A stretch of 64,000 bases of DNA from Octopus sinensis. Its lineage: Eukaryota. Both the position numbers and the translations under genes were made by a program. Positions 1-12,830 of this stretch are shown one piece after another. The stretch is taken from NCBI RefSeq assembly GCF_006345805.1, contig NC_043000.1:3534001-3598000 (forward strand), in the 5' to 3' direction. The notes below the pieces were generated by a model. That model searched no databases. It was not told the DNA's origin and saw only the letters and a program-made list of their open reading frames with translations. Within the stretch, counting starts at the first letter, position 1; every line of letters starts with the position of its first letter.

Positions 1-302
1 CAGAGCCTTGTGTGTGGAGTCGGTAGATGGAAAATTAAAGACACCCATTTTGTGTGTGTGTGTGTGAATATATCTTTACATGTGGGTCTTTATGTTTGTG
101 TTTGTCCCCTGCCACCACTGGGTGACTGGTGTTGGTTTGTTTATATCCCTGTAACTTAGTGGTTTGACAAGAGAAACCAACAGAATAAGTAACAGGCTTA
201 AAAAAAACAACTAAATACTGGGGTCAATTAGTTCAACTAAACCCTTTAAGATGGTGCCCCAGTATGACCCACAGTCCAATGACTGAAACAAATGATAAAA
301 GA
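1..302 (+). mobile_element. SINE family A (tRNA/CORE-like head, CR1-type tail), 5' part cut by window edge
   Basis: Aligns by eye to the young copy at 48148-48560 (gccttgtg..ggtaga.ggaaa, internal TG microsatellite, gtaacttag.ggtt, tail ggtgccccag..atgactgaaacaa). Confidence 0.85.
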
Positions 303-429
303 AGACTGTTTTACTTTGTTATTCGTTCAATGTTTTGGTGCCCTGGATTGCAACCATACTGGGAGGATTTTTGGTGGGGACACTCACTGCCTGCAAAGGT
401 TTCATGTGGTCACATTTTAGGCTGGTCCT

Positions 430-790
430 TATTTCATATTATTTACAATAGATGGATAGGGGTCCTCATCTTGTTTGTTGTTACCACAACATTTCTGCTG
501 ATGTACCTCTCCAGTATGCTGGATGCTGTTTCATGTGCCACTGGCACAGGTGCTTCTTAAGTGGCACCAGCATCATAATTGCCAATGAGTGTCACTGTCT
601 TATAAGTGGTGTCCTTTGTTTCCAATCTTCCGTGAAAACATGTCTAGCCATGGGGAAATATTACTTTACATGGAAACCAGTGAGGTTTGATGACAGGAAA
701 GGATTACAACGTAAAATTTGACAGTAAAATATATGCTTCAATGAATTTTGCTTCACACATGAGTATAAAAAGGTGGATGTCTAAAACAAA
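430..790 (+). mobile_element. Old SINE family B-type element (RTE-like tail), degenerate
   Basis: gtgccactggcacaggtgc, then gaggtttgatgacaggaaaggatt (cf. ggttggcgttaggaagggcatcc) and a decayed ..ggtggatgtctaaaac tail. Confidence 0.55.
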
Positions 791-842
791 TACTGTGTGC
801 ACATGTGTGCGTGTGTGTGTGCATGTACATATATTTTTGTAA

Positions 843-1145
843 CATAAAAACACCATCCGAGCGTGGTCATCTGCCAGCCTCGTCTGGCACCTGTGTCGGT
901 GGCACATAAAAAACACCATCCGAGCATGGCCATTCGCCAGCCTCGTCTGGCACCTGTGTCGGTCGCACATAAAATCACCCACTACACTCTCGGAGTGGTT
1001 GGCGTTAGGAAGGGCATCCAGCTGTAGAAACACTGCCAGATCTGACTGGCCTGGTGCAGCCTTCGGGCTCCCCAGACCCCAGTTGAACCGTCCAACCCAT
1101 GCTAGCATGGAAAGCGGACGTTAAATGATGATGATGATGATGATG
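843..1145 (+). mobile_element. Young SINE-like family B with internal ~60-bp tandem duplication, hairpin ccatgctagcatgg and (GAT)n tail
   Basis: Near-identical to 28530-28755 and 44496-44668, and to the reverse complements of 15820-16113 and 17196-17528. Confidence 0.9.
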
Positions 1146-1162
1146 AATGGTTCTGCACATTT

Positions 1163-1296
1163 GTATCTTATCAAATTCAACTCTTTTGCTTGCTCAACTT
1201 CTGAAGCTAGAGTAGAAGACACTTGCTTAAGGTGCCATTGAATGGAAGCAAACCTAGAACCATGTGGTTGCAAAGTGAACTTTTTTTACCATAGCC
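1163..1296 (-). mobile_element. SINE head fragment (family A/B tRNA-CORE head)
   Basis: agtagaagacacttgc..aaggtgcca..gaaccatgtggttgcaaagtgaac is the reverse complement of the head at 48148-48250. Confidence 0.7.
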
Positions 1297-1312
1297 TGAT
1301 TTATACTTTTAA

Positions 1313-1345
<33 letters not shown>

Positions 1346-2019
1346 GAGACAAATAGATTATATCACTGATACAGATAAAGTACATACACAGCCACACACA
1401 TACAGTAGCAAAATGAAATGTTGAAAACAAAGATTTCTATTATCTCAAAACCACTTCATAGTTTCTTCTCTTTATAAACTGTTGGCCATCAAACACTATT
1501 GGCCATTGTTGAGATTTGTTTTATCTGTAACATCTTTACAATGTTAAACAGAAAAACAATGTGTTTAAGTGTGCACATACTCTGTAATGTCTCCATTTTA
1601 ATCAACTGCAGTTGTAATTTATTTCCTTAAATAATCTCAAATCACTGCTAAAGTAGACAAATATGTATGTGCCATGGCCTAACAAGAAATATTACACCAT
1701 TCCTCCTTATATCTTATGTCACAACTAATTAAGCTTAATTAAGAAGCTAGCATGCATATTAGAATGCTGCCAAAGTGCTTCAGAAGTAATTAAAACATTG
1801 CTTTTGTTCAATTGAATTAGGTCAACCTTAATCCAAAAGGTCCTTCTTTTTTACAGACAGTAAAATGGGAATTGAATGAAGTTTAGTTGTTATTTCTAGC
1901 AGGTTGAATTACAGTGTAGAGCTTCTCTCAGGTAAAGTACATTATTATGAGAAGACAACTAAAAGAAGAAATGCCAATTATATATTTTAAGATGTGAAAT
2001 ACAGTGGTTTTCATTTTTT

Positions 2020-2930
2020 GTAGCCAAGTCAGGGAGAGAGTCTATGCCCATGAACTGTTCAATTCCACTAAGACTATCCAGGTTGATACAGCTTTATGTT
2101 CAATTTCAACATGAAGTATCAACGTCACAAATGAATGAGGTCTGGGTGTAGAAGGTTAAGAAGGAGGAAAGGAAATCTTGATGTGAAGTGCAATTACATT
2201 GATTTTGCTGAACTTCTTGATGGCTTTTGACCACTTGTAAGCAATGTAGAGGAGCAAGTCCTTCTTAGATCCAGTTCCGTGGAAGCCATATTGGTGATGA
2301 GTGATATTATCTGCTTAGAAACTAATTGAAGTAACAGCTAGAAAGTTGGAAGTTAGTGAAATATAACTGAACCTTAAGACAAAGAAGTACTGAGAGTGCA
2401 AGTCAGAGAGATCTACACATTTCTACAGAAGCCTAACTAATTATCACTTAAAAAGAAAAGAGAGACACAAGATGTTGGAGAAGGTAACTGATAATCTTTC
2501 TTTCAATCTTCCTTGAAACATTGGAAGTGAGAGCAGCAGGTCAGATGTTGGATGAGCTTGAGAAGTTGCCCTTCTAATGGATGGAACTGTAACAGGTTTT
2601 TGAAGATCAGGAGAGATCCCTATGGAGAAGGTAATAAATGTGATGTTGCCAGTGCTAATGGCCTTGTTGACTTGAAGTATTTCTGCAGAAGTAATTCTGG
2701 ACTTGACATGTATGGATATATAAAGGCAAAGCTGTTGGAATGGAGGGTAGGGTGAGTTTAAAAATTTTTTAAGGGTTTTTGTGTGAGTGTTTGTGAAAAT
2801 GTCAAAGATTTCTGTTGGAGTATTGTTTACAAAGACACCTTAAATGAAGAGAAGTGGGTAGCAAGATTCCAAAAAGTCAGTAGATATCCTTTTGGTAAGG
2901 AAGTACAGCTAACGGGGAGAGATTGCAGGA
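2020..2930 (-). mobile_element. Decayed LINE reverse-transcriptase fragment (CR1/Jockey-group like)
   Basis: Minus-strand translation near 2170-2310 reads HHQYGFHGTGSKKDLLLYIAYKWSKAIKKFSKINVIALHIKIS, resembling QYGFR..RSTGDLL.Y....W..A......VALDISKAFD. Boundaries approximate. Confidence 0.65.
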
Positions 2931-4479
2931 TATGTGATGCACAAATACATTTCTTACTTTAGATTAAAGAGAATTTATGACAAGAAATTTAATAATGAAT
3001 TTGTATTTTGGATGTCATTTCTCCAAAGAATCAAAACTCAATCCCAAACATTACACTCTAGATACCAGTAGAGTGACAGTAATATAGTAAAACAGATGTT
3101 CAGTAACTTTAGTTGTGTTTTAAAAAAGACCTTGATAGTCAATATTACGCAAAAAGATATGGTTAAAGTAATACCACATTGTACATGTGTTTTAATGGCT
3201 ATAATGACTATCATAGTACAATTGTTTTAATACCAACATAAAATTTCAAATCAAAGTTACTTGTCAAACAATCACAACTTAAAGAAAGACATAGTAATGT
3301 CTTTCTTAAAAAGAAGATGCTTTATTTGGTAAACTGTCTTAGTTATTTAGGTGAGTGGTTAGAATTGACAATTCTTATCAATCCTGTCGAAAGTTGTCTC
3401 AGTATTGAAATGATTTTCTACAATACAGAAGGGATTAGAGTTTACTCCCTTACATTAGTGAGCTCTGCATTTCCTTCAAAATAAATGTAAGCAACATTAG
3501 TATGATTTTTGTGATACCATGCATTTCAGGATTGGCTGACCAATGTAATCCTGAGTGGTACTGTGTCATACAGGAATCTAAGGGTTAATTGATCAAGAAC
3601 ATTAATAACCATATAAACACAACTAGCAAGATATCCCAGAGAGATATAAGTAAGAGAGGAAATAGATTAAGCTCAATGCTAGAGCTTGTCTAATTATTAC
3701 TAAATAAATTGAATGAAAAACAGTCAACACAAGAATACTGACAAAAATGCTTTATCACTGAACCATTCCACAGAAGAATAATCTAATTGTATATACCAGT
3801 CACAAACTGGTTATATCCAGAACATTTTCAAAAGTTTTTTAATTGTAATATACTTTCCCAGACATACAAAAAATAAGTAGGCAGCCAGCCATGATAACCA
3901 GCTGGTGCCAACCAATTTCTAACATAAACATTTTGAAATGCTGGTTATTTTTGTAATTCATTAAGTATTAATGGTCTTTTGGAAATATCATAGCTGTTGA
4001 GATATGGCTTGTAAATGAGAATCATCCAGCTGCTAGTAGAGGAAGTATGTCTATTTTGTTTGAAATATCCACCACAATTACAGCAGAAAATGTCGATCAA
4101 AAGACACGGCAGACTATAATGTTGTGATAGTATTAGAGTAAAATAAATGAGAAAAAAGTTAAGATTGGGATGGAGAACAAACAACAATGGCTAAATGACA
4201 AAGATACAGTAAAATGGTTTTAATTGGTTGTTACTTTCAACAAGGAAAGAAAAAATAGAAACTGCCCAAATCAAGTTGAAGTGTTAAAAAATATTTCAAG
4301 AGACTTGAAAGAAGGTCATTCAACAATGAAATTTGTTTACCGTGTATTAATTAAATGTGTTGCAGGAATATCACAGATGAAATTGGTTTAAATAAAATAC
4401 AGAAGCTGACAGGGAATAATTCTATGTGATTTTCAAGAGAAAAGCAGAATTTGTCTTTCAGCATTATCAAAAACTGGAA

Positions 4480-4740
4480 GGCATAATGTGGTGTTGGTGG
4501 TATTATGGGCTGTGATAAGCTATGTGATGTTGGTGGAGGGGATGACAGAAGAGGTGGGCGGAAGTAAGGCTTTCAGGGGCCAGCGGAAGACTGAAAGGGG
4601 GATGCATGGGCTGGAAGTACGTGCGGTTAGCAAGCACGGGTGGTCAGTTCCAGCAAAGAGCGCAGAGCGACAAGACGTGTTGAATTCGTGAGAGTGACCG
4701 CTGATTTCGCCGAGGTAAGGCCTGTTGTATTTCTTTCTCC
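4480..4740 (-). mobile_element. GC-rich LINE C-terminal fragment (I/Jockey-superclade zinc-knuckle region)
   Basis: Minus frame reads EIQQALPRRNQRSLSRIQ...ESLTSAHLFCHP, like the E..LPR..R..LS.LR...T..HLF.CP C-terminus of LINE ORF2. GC/CpG island in AT-rich background. Confidence 0.45.
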
Positions 4741-5258
4741 CATTGCTTCTTTTTCTGTTGTCCTTTTCCTCCATCACACTACACATAACACAAGCATCTT
4801 TGTTACAACAAATCTAAGAAATTTTCTGTGAATTGTGCTAACACAATTTTCAATCTTTCAAAAGTTTTTAAAACAAATCTGGACCTGAGAAATTCCAGGG
4901 AGATTTGATATAGACACAAAATAGTAATTAGTTATTGCTTGACACTTTAATGTTGAAGAAAGTGTATAAATATGATTCAGAATGATGATATTCAACACTG
5001 TCTTAATGTCTATTCTTCAATGCTTGCATGAGTAGTTGGACGGAATTTTCTGAGGCAGACTTTCTAATGCTGGATGCTCTTCCTGTCACTAACTCTCACC
5101 TGTTTCCAAAGTAAAGCAATATTTCCCCCACCATCCTCAGATATGTTTTCACAGAATATTAGAAATAAATTACACTGCTTCTATGACAGTGATACTCATT
5201 TGCAACTATCTCATAATGTCAAACCAAAAAAACACAAACCTACTCGCACGCACATATA

Positions 5259-6562
5259 ATGGGTGAGCCAAAAAGTCTGTTCAGTTTTTGTCAACACTAA
5301 ACTTCAAGCCCTCTAAGTTAGCTATTTCATGGACAGGAGGCTGAAGTAGCTAACTTCAGTCTGTCCATGAGCACTCATTAGATACTTAAGATATACTTAA
5401 GACACTTCTGTGTAATTCAACATGAACTTGTGATGAGACAGATTGTATTTTGTGTGCAAGGGATCACCCTGAGAATGGAGAACCAAAACAAACATTATCG
5501 ACACCTCATGCATTATGTTTTAAAAAGTGCAAGAAAGCAGTTGAAAGCTGTGGGAAGATATGCACTGTGAACGGAGAGGATGTTGTTATGGAATATGTGT
5601 GCCTGAAGTGGCTTCCAATGTTCTAACTAGGAAATTCTTTGGATCAAGATGCACCTTGCTCTAGCCAGCCACCAGAGATTAATAGTGACAAACTAAAGGA
5701 ATTAATACCAACTTTTACTATTTGATCAAGATGATTGCAGATATTCTCCAAATATCTAAATCGAGTGTTGAAAACCATCTGCATCAACTTGGCTACATCA
5801 ACAGGTTCAATATTTGGATCCCACATCAACTGAATGAAGCTAACCCTGACCAACTGATTTCCATCTGTGATTAGTTGCAGAAAAGTGAAGAAAGCAATCC
5901 TCTTTTGAGGAGCATGATAACAAGGGATGAAAAATAGATTGTCTTTAACAATGTGAAGCACAAATGATAATGGGGAAAGCATGCCAAACCATCACAAACT
6001 ACCTCCAAAGCAGGACTTCAACTGAAGATGGTTATATTTTCATTTTTGTGGGATTGGAAAGGTGTTGTCTTTTACAAGCTTCTTCCCATAAAGAGGATCA
6101 TCAGATTAGATATGCACAATGACTAGCTGAATAAACTAAATGGAGAGACCCACTAGAAGCATCCAACATTTGCTAATCATAAGGGCACTGTCTTTTGCCA
6201 TAATAATGCCAGATAGCATATTTCTTTATAGATACAGCAAAAGTTACTAGGGCTTGGCTGGGAGGTTTTGCTGCACCCTCCATATTTGCTCAACCTTGCA
6301 CCTTTAGATCTCCATGTTTGGGATTCTTCAAAATTCACTGAATAGCTAGACTTAAAACTCTGAAGTAAAAATTCACCTGGAAGAGTTTTCACCAGTAAAG
6401 ACATGAAATTCTTTGGGCAGAGAATAAAGGATCTTTCTACAAGAAGGCAGAAGATTCTGTAATGAAACAGTAGTTTCATTACATTGATTTAATTCACTGA
6501 ATTTCAAACTTCTGTCTTACTTTTGCTTAAAAATACTGAATGAATGTTTTGGCCAAACCAAT
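5259..6562 (+). mobile_element. Full-length dead mariner transposon (mellifera-subfamily-like)
   Basis: Imperfect TIRs atgggtgagccaaaaagtctgttcagttttt / aaaaatactgaatgaatgttttggccaaaccaat; about 1.3 kb; transposase relic inside. Confidence 0.9.
5475..6480 (+). pseudogene. Mariner transposase pseudogene
   Basis: MENQNKHYRHLMHY.., WIPHQL (WVPHEL motif), ITRDEK (TGDEKW), HNNAR (HDNARPH), PYLLNLAPLDLH (YSPDLAPSDYHLF); many stops and frameshifts. Confidence 0.9.
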
Positions 6563-6654
6563 TTGTAATGACAGGCTTCTTTCAGCTTCCATCTACCAAA
6601 TCTACTCACAAGGCTTTGGTCAACCCAGGGTGATAGTAGAAGGTAGTAGGACCA

Positions 6655-6850
6655 CAGTCTCACTGTGTAGCACCTTGGGCAAAAATATTCTACTATAGCT
6701 CTGAGCCAACCAAACTTTGTGAATGGATTCATAGTTGGAAACATGTGTATCTATACGTGTATGTCCTTGTGTTTGTTCCCACCACCACCACCACCACCAC
6801 CACCATCACTTGACAACAAGTTTTGATTTGTTTGCATCCCCATAACTTTG
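6655..6850 (+). mobile_element. SINE family A fragment
   Basis: cagtctcactgtgtagcaccttgggcaaaa..ttctactatagc..ccaaccaaactttgtgaatggatt matches 48200-48290. Confidence 0.7.
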
Positions 6851-6930
6851 CCTCCCTCCACAATGACCACTAGAAGAAATGTAACATGCTACCCAGGCTA
6901 CATATTACCTGCTATTTAATAATAGGGTAG

Positions 6931-7346
6931 AGGTGGCGAGCTGGCAGAAACGTTAGCACGCCGGGCGAAATGCTTAGCGGTGTTTCGTCTGCCATTACGT
7001 TCTGAGTTCAAATTCTGCCGAGGTCCACTTTGCCTTTCATCCTTTCGGGGTTGATAAATTAAGTACCAGTTACGTACTGGGGTCGATATAATCGACTTAA
7101 TCCGTCTGTCTGTCCTTGTTTGTCTCCTCTGTGTTTAGCCCCTTGTGGGTAGTAAAGAAATAGGTATTTCGTCTGACGTTACGTTCTGAGTTCAAATTCC
7201 GCTGAGGTCCACTTTGCCTTTCATCCTTTCGGGGTCGATAAATTAAGTACCAGTTACGCACTGGGTTCGATGTAATCGACTTAATCCGTCTGTCTGTCCT
7301 TGTTTGTCTCCTCTGTGTTTAGCCCCTTGTGGGTAGTAAAGAAATA
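6931..7346 (+). mobile_element. Young tRNA-derived SINE family C (Deu/Nin-like core), tandem dimer
   Basis: A-box-like ggcgagctggcagaa, B-box gagttcaaattc, core gcctttcatcctttcggggt(c/t)gataaattaagtaccag; the 3' ~184 bp repeats at 7162-7346; flanking repeat tatttaat(a/g)atag at 6913-6925 and 7347-7359. Confidence 0.92.
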
Positions 7347-8184
7347 TATTTAATGATAGACTATTGCAGAGCACATTTTAAGCACTGGATCTGTGGGGTA
7401 CATCTCTATGCCACAGCTTTGCTCAGTTGGGACTGATTGAGGATACACAGCAATAACAACAATAGCTACAAACCTATTTAGTAGCCACAAGAAATTTTAT
7501 AGTTCCTAGCAAACAGCCATATTATACATATTCAGTTTACATCAGTGAGTTGGTGCATTGAAGACAGAAGATTTGTGTGTGGAACTGATTTCTGAGACAC
7601 ATTCTCTCCCCTGCTGTTTGTGATGTACCTCAGTGATTGGCTCTATGCCATTCTTCATATTGGTGAGTGCTTTTTCGTTTTCTTAATTCTGAGGAAGATA
7701 AATTCTGCTAACAGACACTAATTACAGAAAAGGTAAAAAGAATACATATAAAATCAGGAACTTTGAAATCGATATAAGATTGCTATGAGAAGTGATTTTT
7801 GTCCATCTTCAGGCTGTCTATATCATTACATAACATACTTATTACTGAACAATATCAACTTAGTCCAGTTGATAACAATGCAAAATTTTATACATACACA
7901 CACACACTTATATATATATATATAGAATCATCTGATGGGAAAGCAGACTTTTTATCACACAGCACCTGGATAACTATTCTACAGTATACAAAGTATGTTA
8001 CACAACATAACTATCCTGTGATAAAGAAATTATGCAACATAAGATGCTGTCCTATGAAACATGATATGTTATAATAGATGGTCCTTACGACCTGGAAATT
8101 AAATTTCTCTAAGCAAACTATGTCATATTTTACTCATACAGGCCTTCCCTATTTTCCCATTAAATAGCTGAACTGAAGATATAC

Positions 8185-8209
8185 AAAAAAAAAAAAAAAA
8201 AAAAAAAAA
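8185..8209 (+). repeat. poly(A) tract
   Basis: About 24 consecutive A. Confidence 0.9.
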
Positions 8210-8510
8210 CTATAGGTACCCGTAGGTCTTGGTTACTGTTCTTGTTAATTAGTAGTGATCATGAAAGGGTTTGCACACATGGGCATGCACCACATGTTAT
8301 TTTGCTTTCCATTTTATTGCTTTATATGACAAATGGACCATGGTGCGTTAGTTTGTGTTTAAGGGAAATAATTTTTATGCAATTTTTAACAAACAAGTAT
8401 TTTTAATATATTCTAAATTTTCCTTCAAATTATTGAGGTTGATTTTATCTATATAACTTTAGGATATACTAGAGAGAAAACACAAGGTCATACAAGAAGA
8501 GAAAAAGCTT

Positions 8511-8895
8511 AGGTGTGGTGTTAAAAAACTTGCTTTGCAACTACATAGTTTTAATTCAGTCTCACTGCACAGCACCTTGGGCAAGTGTCTTCTACCATAT
8601 CCTCAGGTCAACCAATGCCTTATGAATGAATTTGGCAAAAGAAAACTGTAAGTCCATCGTGTGTGTGTTTGTCCCCACACTACTTGATAACTGGTGTTGG
8701 TTTATTTATGTCTCAAAAACTCAGAAGTTTGGCAAACATGACTGACAGAATAAGTACCAGGCTGAAAACCTAGTACTGGGGTCAATTTGTTCAACAAAAC
8801 CCTTCATCGTGGTGCCCCAGTATAGCTGCAGTCTTATGACTATGGTAGTGCCCCAGCATGATCCACAGCTTCTAGCTGAAGCCTATAAAAGAATA
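8511..8895 (+). mobile_element. SINE family A, older copy with duplicated 3' tail
   Basis: cagtctcactgcacagcaccttgggcaagtgtcttc..; the tail gtgccccag(t/c)at occurs twice (about 8812 and 8848). Confidence 0.85.
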
Positions 8896-10500
8896 TACTA
8901 TATTATTAAACAGACATCATTTTGTTTAGTAGAGTTACTCTTATGTCCTCCCAGAATATCCATTGACTTAAATATAAATCAATTATTAAATCTATTCTTT
9001 CAATTGATGAATAACTTTCAATGAATTCTTCTTTGATTGAAAGTGGCTTATCCTGATGGCAGTATAAGAGTTAGGGGTTAAGGGGTTATGTAAAGTAATA
9101 AGTTATTCAGTTTTTAGCACTCGCTTAAAAAAAATTATTCATATATATCTTCCTTCAACAAATTATTTGATTATTTTTATCATGAAATATGAAAATGAAA
9201 GAAACTATCCTTGAATATTTAAAAAACATAATACATGGAGATTTATATTTAAATGTTAAAAAAAATGTTAGTATTTAAATAAATTTGTAAAGGCAAAGTA
9301 TCTATAAGATTCTGGAAAGAAGAAATCACTGAGAATTAATTTTTCTTTTTAGTTCCTTACAAAATAATATAATATAAAGTTAAAAGAAAATTTTGAATTC
9401 CAGATGTTGAGTTCTCTAAGAAGTTGCCATTAATTCTTCAATAAATAACAAAAAGATTGCTAAATAATTGATTTTACCACGTTACACTTGTCAATTGAAA
9501 CATAACTGAAGTATGCCAATTTTGGTGTTCTGAAGAACTGCCAAGACTACTTGCAAGTTTTGTTATAATACCCAATTAGATAACTAGAAAGTATTCTACC
9601 CAAAGCTAGGTAATATTTCAAAATCCCATACAAATTCTAAGGATACAATAACATATTCTATTTAATATTTCTTTAAAAGACTTTCATTTCAGTATTTTTA
9701 AAGAGAACAATAAAAAGAAATTACATTAAGCTTTTATATCTGCCACAGTTTCAATAGCCAAGGCAGGAACCAAGTTACTGTATTAACAATGCATTTGACG
9801 GTTTGATCTATAGCTTTCAGAAATCGGTGAGAAAAGAACAGAGGCTTATATTCTGAATTCTCAACAGAAAAGATTAGTTATAGAATTACTGGTACTTTAT
9901 GTAGCAAAATAAAAGTATTTTAGTTTGTACAAGTAACTTGTATAAGAAAAGTGTGAGAATTTATAAGTAACTGGCAAGTGTAGGTTCTCCAAATTCCTCA
10001 CCATTTATGTTCTGATGTGAAATCAGCTTTCCAGATTTCAGGTGATTAGAAATATTTCTAGAATGTCAAGAAGAGTCAAGTAGTGCCTATTGCATTGAAC
10101 TAGCAAAAGTAGGAATAGTTGATACCTGAAGATGATTTAAGTATTTCACAAGGACAGACTAGATCCAACCAAACTACAGGGTAGAGTAAATGAAATGTGG
10201 AATCTGAGGAAACTCGTAAATGAACTGCAATAGGTCAGCTAAAGTTTGTTTATATTTCAGAGAGTTACTTCTACTGATTTGATAAGCTAATTTAAAATTG
10301 TGAACAGGTCTGGTTTAGGGAATATATCCTTTATGGCAGGTTACACTGTTACAGCAGCTAATGGTAAGGGTTTCTGCAACCTGTTACGTATCTTCTTTGG
10401 TTACATACTTTATCCTAAACTGCCAAGATCAGGTTTATATCACTGAAGTGTATAAATTACATAAATGGAAATGGAGAGGATGCAGGTGTGCAGTCAGTCA

Positions 10501-10900
10501 CCTGAAGATGTTCGACCTTTATTCTCTCGAAAAACGCCGCTGCCGTGGTGATCTCATTCTCGCTCACAACATCATAAGTGAAAAGTGTAACCTCTCGAAA
10601 GAGCTGTTCTTCACTCCTGCTCTAGAGTGTGGGCTGCAGGGTCACTCCAAAAAGCTCTATCTACGACGATTTCATCTCAATCGAAGGAGAGGGGCTTTCT
10701 CCGTCCAGGTTGCGGATCCGTGGAATAAGCTGCCGCATGAGATAGTGAAGATGCTGATGACCACTCGGTTTAAAGTCTCTCTTGACCAGAAATGGCCTGA
10801 TCTCTTTGTATGACCACCCTCCCTCTACATAACTCCCCATCCCCCTACATGGCCTTGCTTTTGCTTTCTGAGCCAATAAAAATTGAATTGAATTGAATTG
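10501..10900 (+). mobile_element. 5'-truncated CR1-clade LINE 3' end with (AATTG)n tail
   Basis: LKMFDLYSLEKRRCRGDLI...GHSKKL...FSVQVADPWNKLP..V...FK..LD to the stop at 10813 is the classic CR1 ORF2 C-terminus; short 3'UTR, aataaa, then aattgaattgaattgaattg. Confidence 0.92.
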
Positions 10901-11014
10901 TCTACTCTGAAGGCTGTGGTTGCAGATTGGATAGCGGAGGTATCTTGAAGAATTTGCAAACTCATACAACATATAAGGTTTGCAATAATGGCAGGTTGAT
11001 AAGAAGGAATTTGT

Positions 11015-11330
11015 GAAGGAGTGTGGTCTGGCAGATAGGTGTTGGACTCATGATCATGATCATAAGATCATAAATTTGATTCCTGAGCTGGGTGGCACAT
11101 ATCTCAAGCCTTTTCACATGAAGATGAGAACTAGCCTAGTGCTGGTGCAGTCCTTCTTTTCTCCAGCTGTCACATCCTCATTGCAGTGCTGAGTCAAGGC
11201 TAGGGGAGCCAATAGGGTGTCTATGATTGCTCATAAGCTACATAGGTACCTAAAATAATTAATGAAACTATGACATGCTACTGGGCCATATTCACTTGCA
11301 AGGGATAACTATGGGTTTTTTCCTCTTAAA
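11015..11330 (+). mobile_element. Degenerate tRNA-headed SINE (family unresolved)
   Basis: gtgtggtctggcagataggtgttggactcatgatc..tttgattcctgagctggg resembles a decayed tRNA head; the downstream part is GC-richer. Confidence 0.35.
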
Positions 11331-12329
11331 GAAGGAACTGATACAAGATGTTTTAATATTGAATGGATCAGAGGGTATCAAAGATTGTACGGTTTGTTAA
11401 TTTTAAGTTTGTATAGAATAGACTGAGGTTATAAATCCTAAACTTGCTCATTTACTAAAATAAATTCATAATATTGCAGAGAAAAGAGCCAAGCAAAATA
11501 AATTTAATGGACGGTTAGCTACTCATAACTAGGGAAAGCAAGAAAATGTGTTTTCAATCAAAGAATACTGAACGGTTGACAGTTAAAATCTGATAGGTGA
11601 AAAACCAATGATAATGTTGCAATATTATAATACTGGAATAATATTATTATGCAGAATTATATCTAGCAAAATACTGTTGAAACCATTAATTAATAAAAAA
11701 GAAAATAACCAAAATAGTTAAATCACTGGAATTATAAAAGGATAGCTTTAAACTGCTTTTATCAAGATATAAAGGAATGTAAAATTATATCACTGAGTGT
11801 AGAATATTAAATTGATAAAATTCATGTAAATCTCATCAAAATAGAGATAGTAAAAAGAATATTTTTAATCTATCTTTCTAACACAGAGAAACGAAATAAT
11901 AATAATAAAATTTAAAATCATGATATTTTTGAAAATAAAACCACACTGTTTGGGCTGACTTTTCTCTTCTAGAACTCAAAACATACTTATTTTAGAGCAC
12001 TCATCATACATGCTTACTTTTAATATACAATATTGATGGTTTCCTAGCAGCAACATTTTATAAGACAGAAAACCCGTTTCATTAACCCTTTTACTGAGGA
12101 AAGCAGTTTTATATACCAATCTTATCTTTTGTTGAGGAATGTTATATATAAAACTATTATTTGTTGAAATATGTCAAGTTTATTGAGAAAATACCAATCC
12201 TATTTTTTGGGAGATATTCAACATCAATAGTGGAATAATGATGCAATTTTATTTTTGCAGTGAAAAGGTTAAAGTTGACATAATGAATAAAAGTGGTTTT
12301 CATCCAAGTAAGAAATATACATATCTGAC

Positions 12330-12830
12330 ACAATGTGTTTCCAAAGTAGCTCAAATCCTTTACCAAACCTATCAAATTTTCTTTAAAAATATCTACTACT
12401 CCAAGCTGTGAAAAAATCTTAAAGTGTCTTCTAACAATTAGATAAGTGAACTTTCTGTTCCTTGTCAGCAACTAACCACTGGTTCTCATTTCCAGTAACT
12501 CAAAGGGAATGGAAACTTGCATAAAGACAATCGCCTTCATTTGCTTAAGAATCTTTTCCATCTTTTTGATATTTTTATATTGACTAGCCAGTGTACTGAC
12601 CCTTTGAAATACAGAAAACTATTTATTTACACTTGGCATCAGCAAAGCATCTGATTGCAACCATTATGAGAATGCCCAAGTGAGGCTGCTCATTATCATT
12701 TCATTTGAATTGAAAGTTTTCCATCAAAAACCTTCATTACAGTAAGTGCTAATAAAGACCTCCACAACCCACATTTTATTAGTTCTGATGTCTATCAGGG
12801 TTTGGTTATGACTCCTATCCTTTGCTTCTA
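12330..12830 (+). mobile_element. Highly decayed LINE RT fragment
   Basis: LGISKASD (LDISKAFD) at about 12633 and SDVYQGLVMTP (SGVPQGSVLSP) at about 12784. Confidence 0.55.

Larger units (their letters stand above)
4985..6640 (-). mobile_element. Old SINE (tRNA-CORE head plus RTE-like tail) split into 4985-5256 and 6563-6640 by a mariner insertion
   Basis: The two halves joined match the uninterrupted copy at 29993-30380; the break falls in the internal CA/TA microsatellite. Confidence 0.7.

Noticed and set aside
6931-7025. tRNA gene
   Set aside because: A/B boxes belong to a SINE head; no proper cloverleaf and it continues into the SINE body (same for 48148, 56667 and about 47400-47465).
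10361-10813. 150-aa ORF as a host gene
   Set aside because: The C-terminal two thirds are CR1 ORF2; the N-terminal part is chance read-through.
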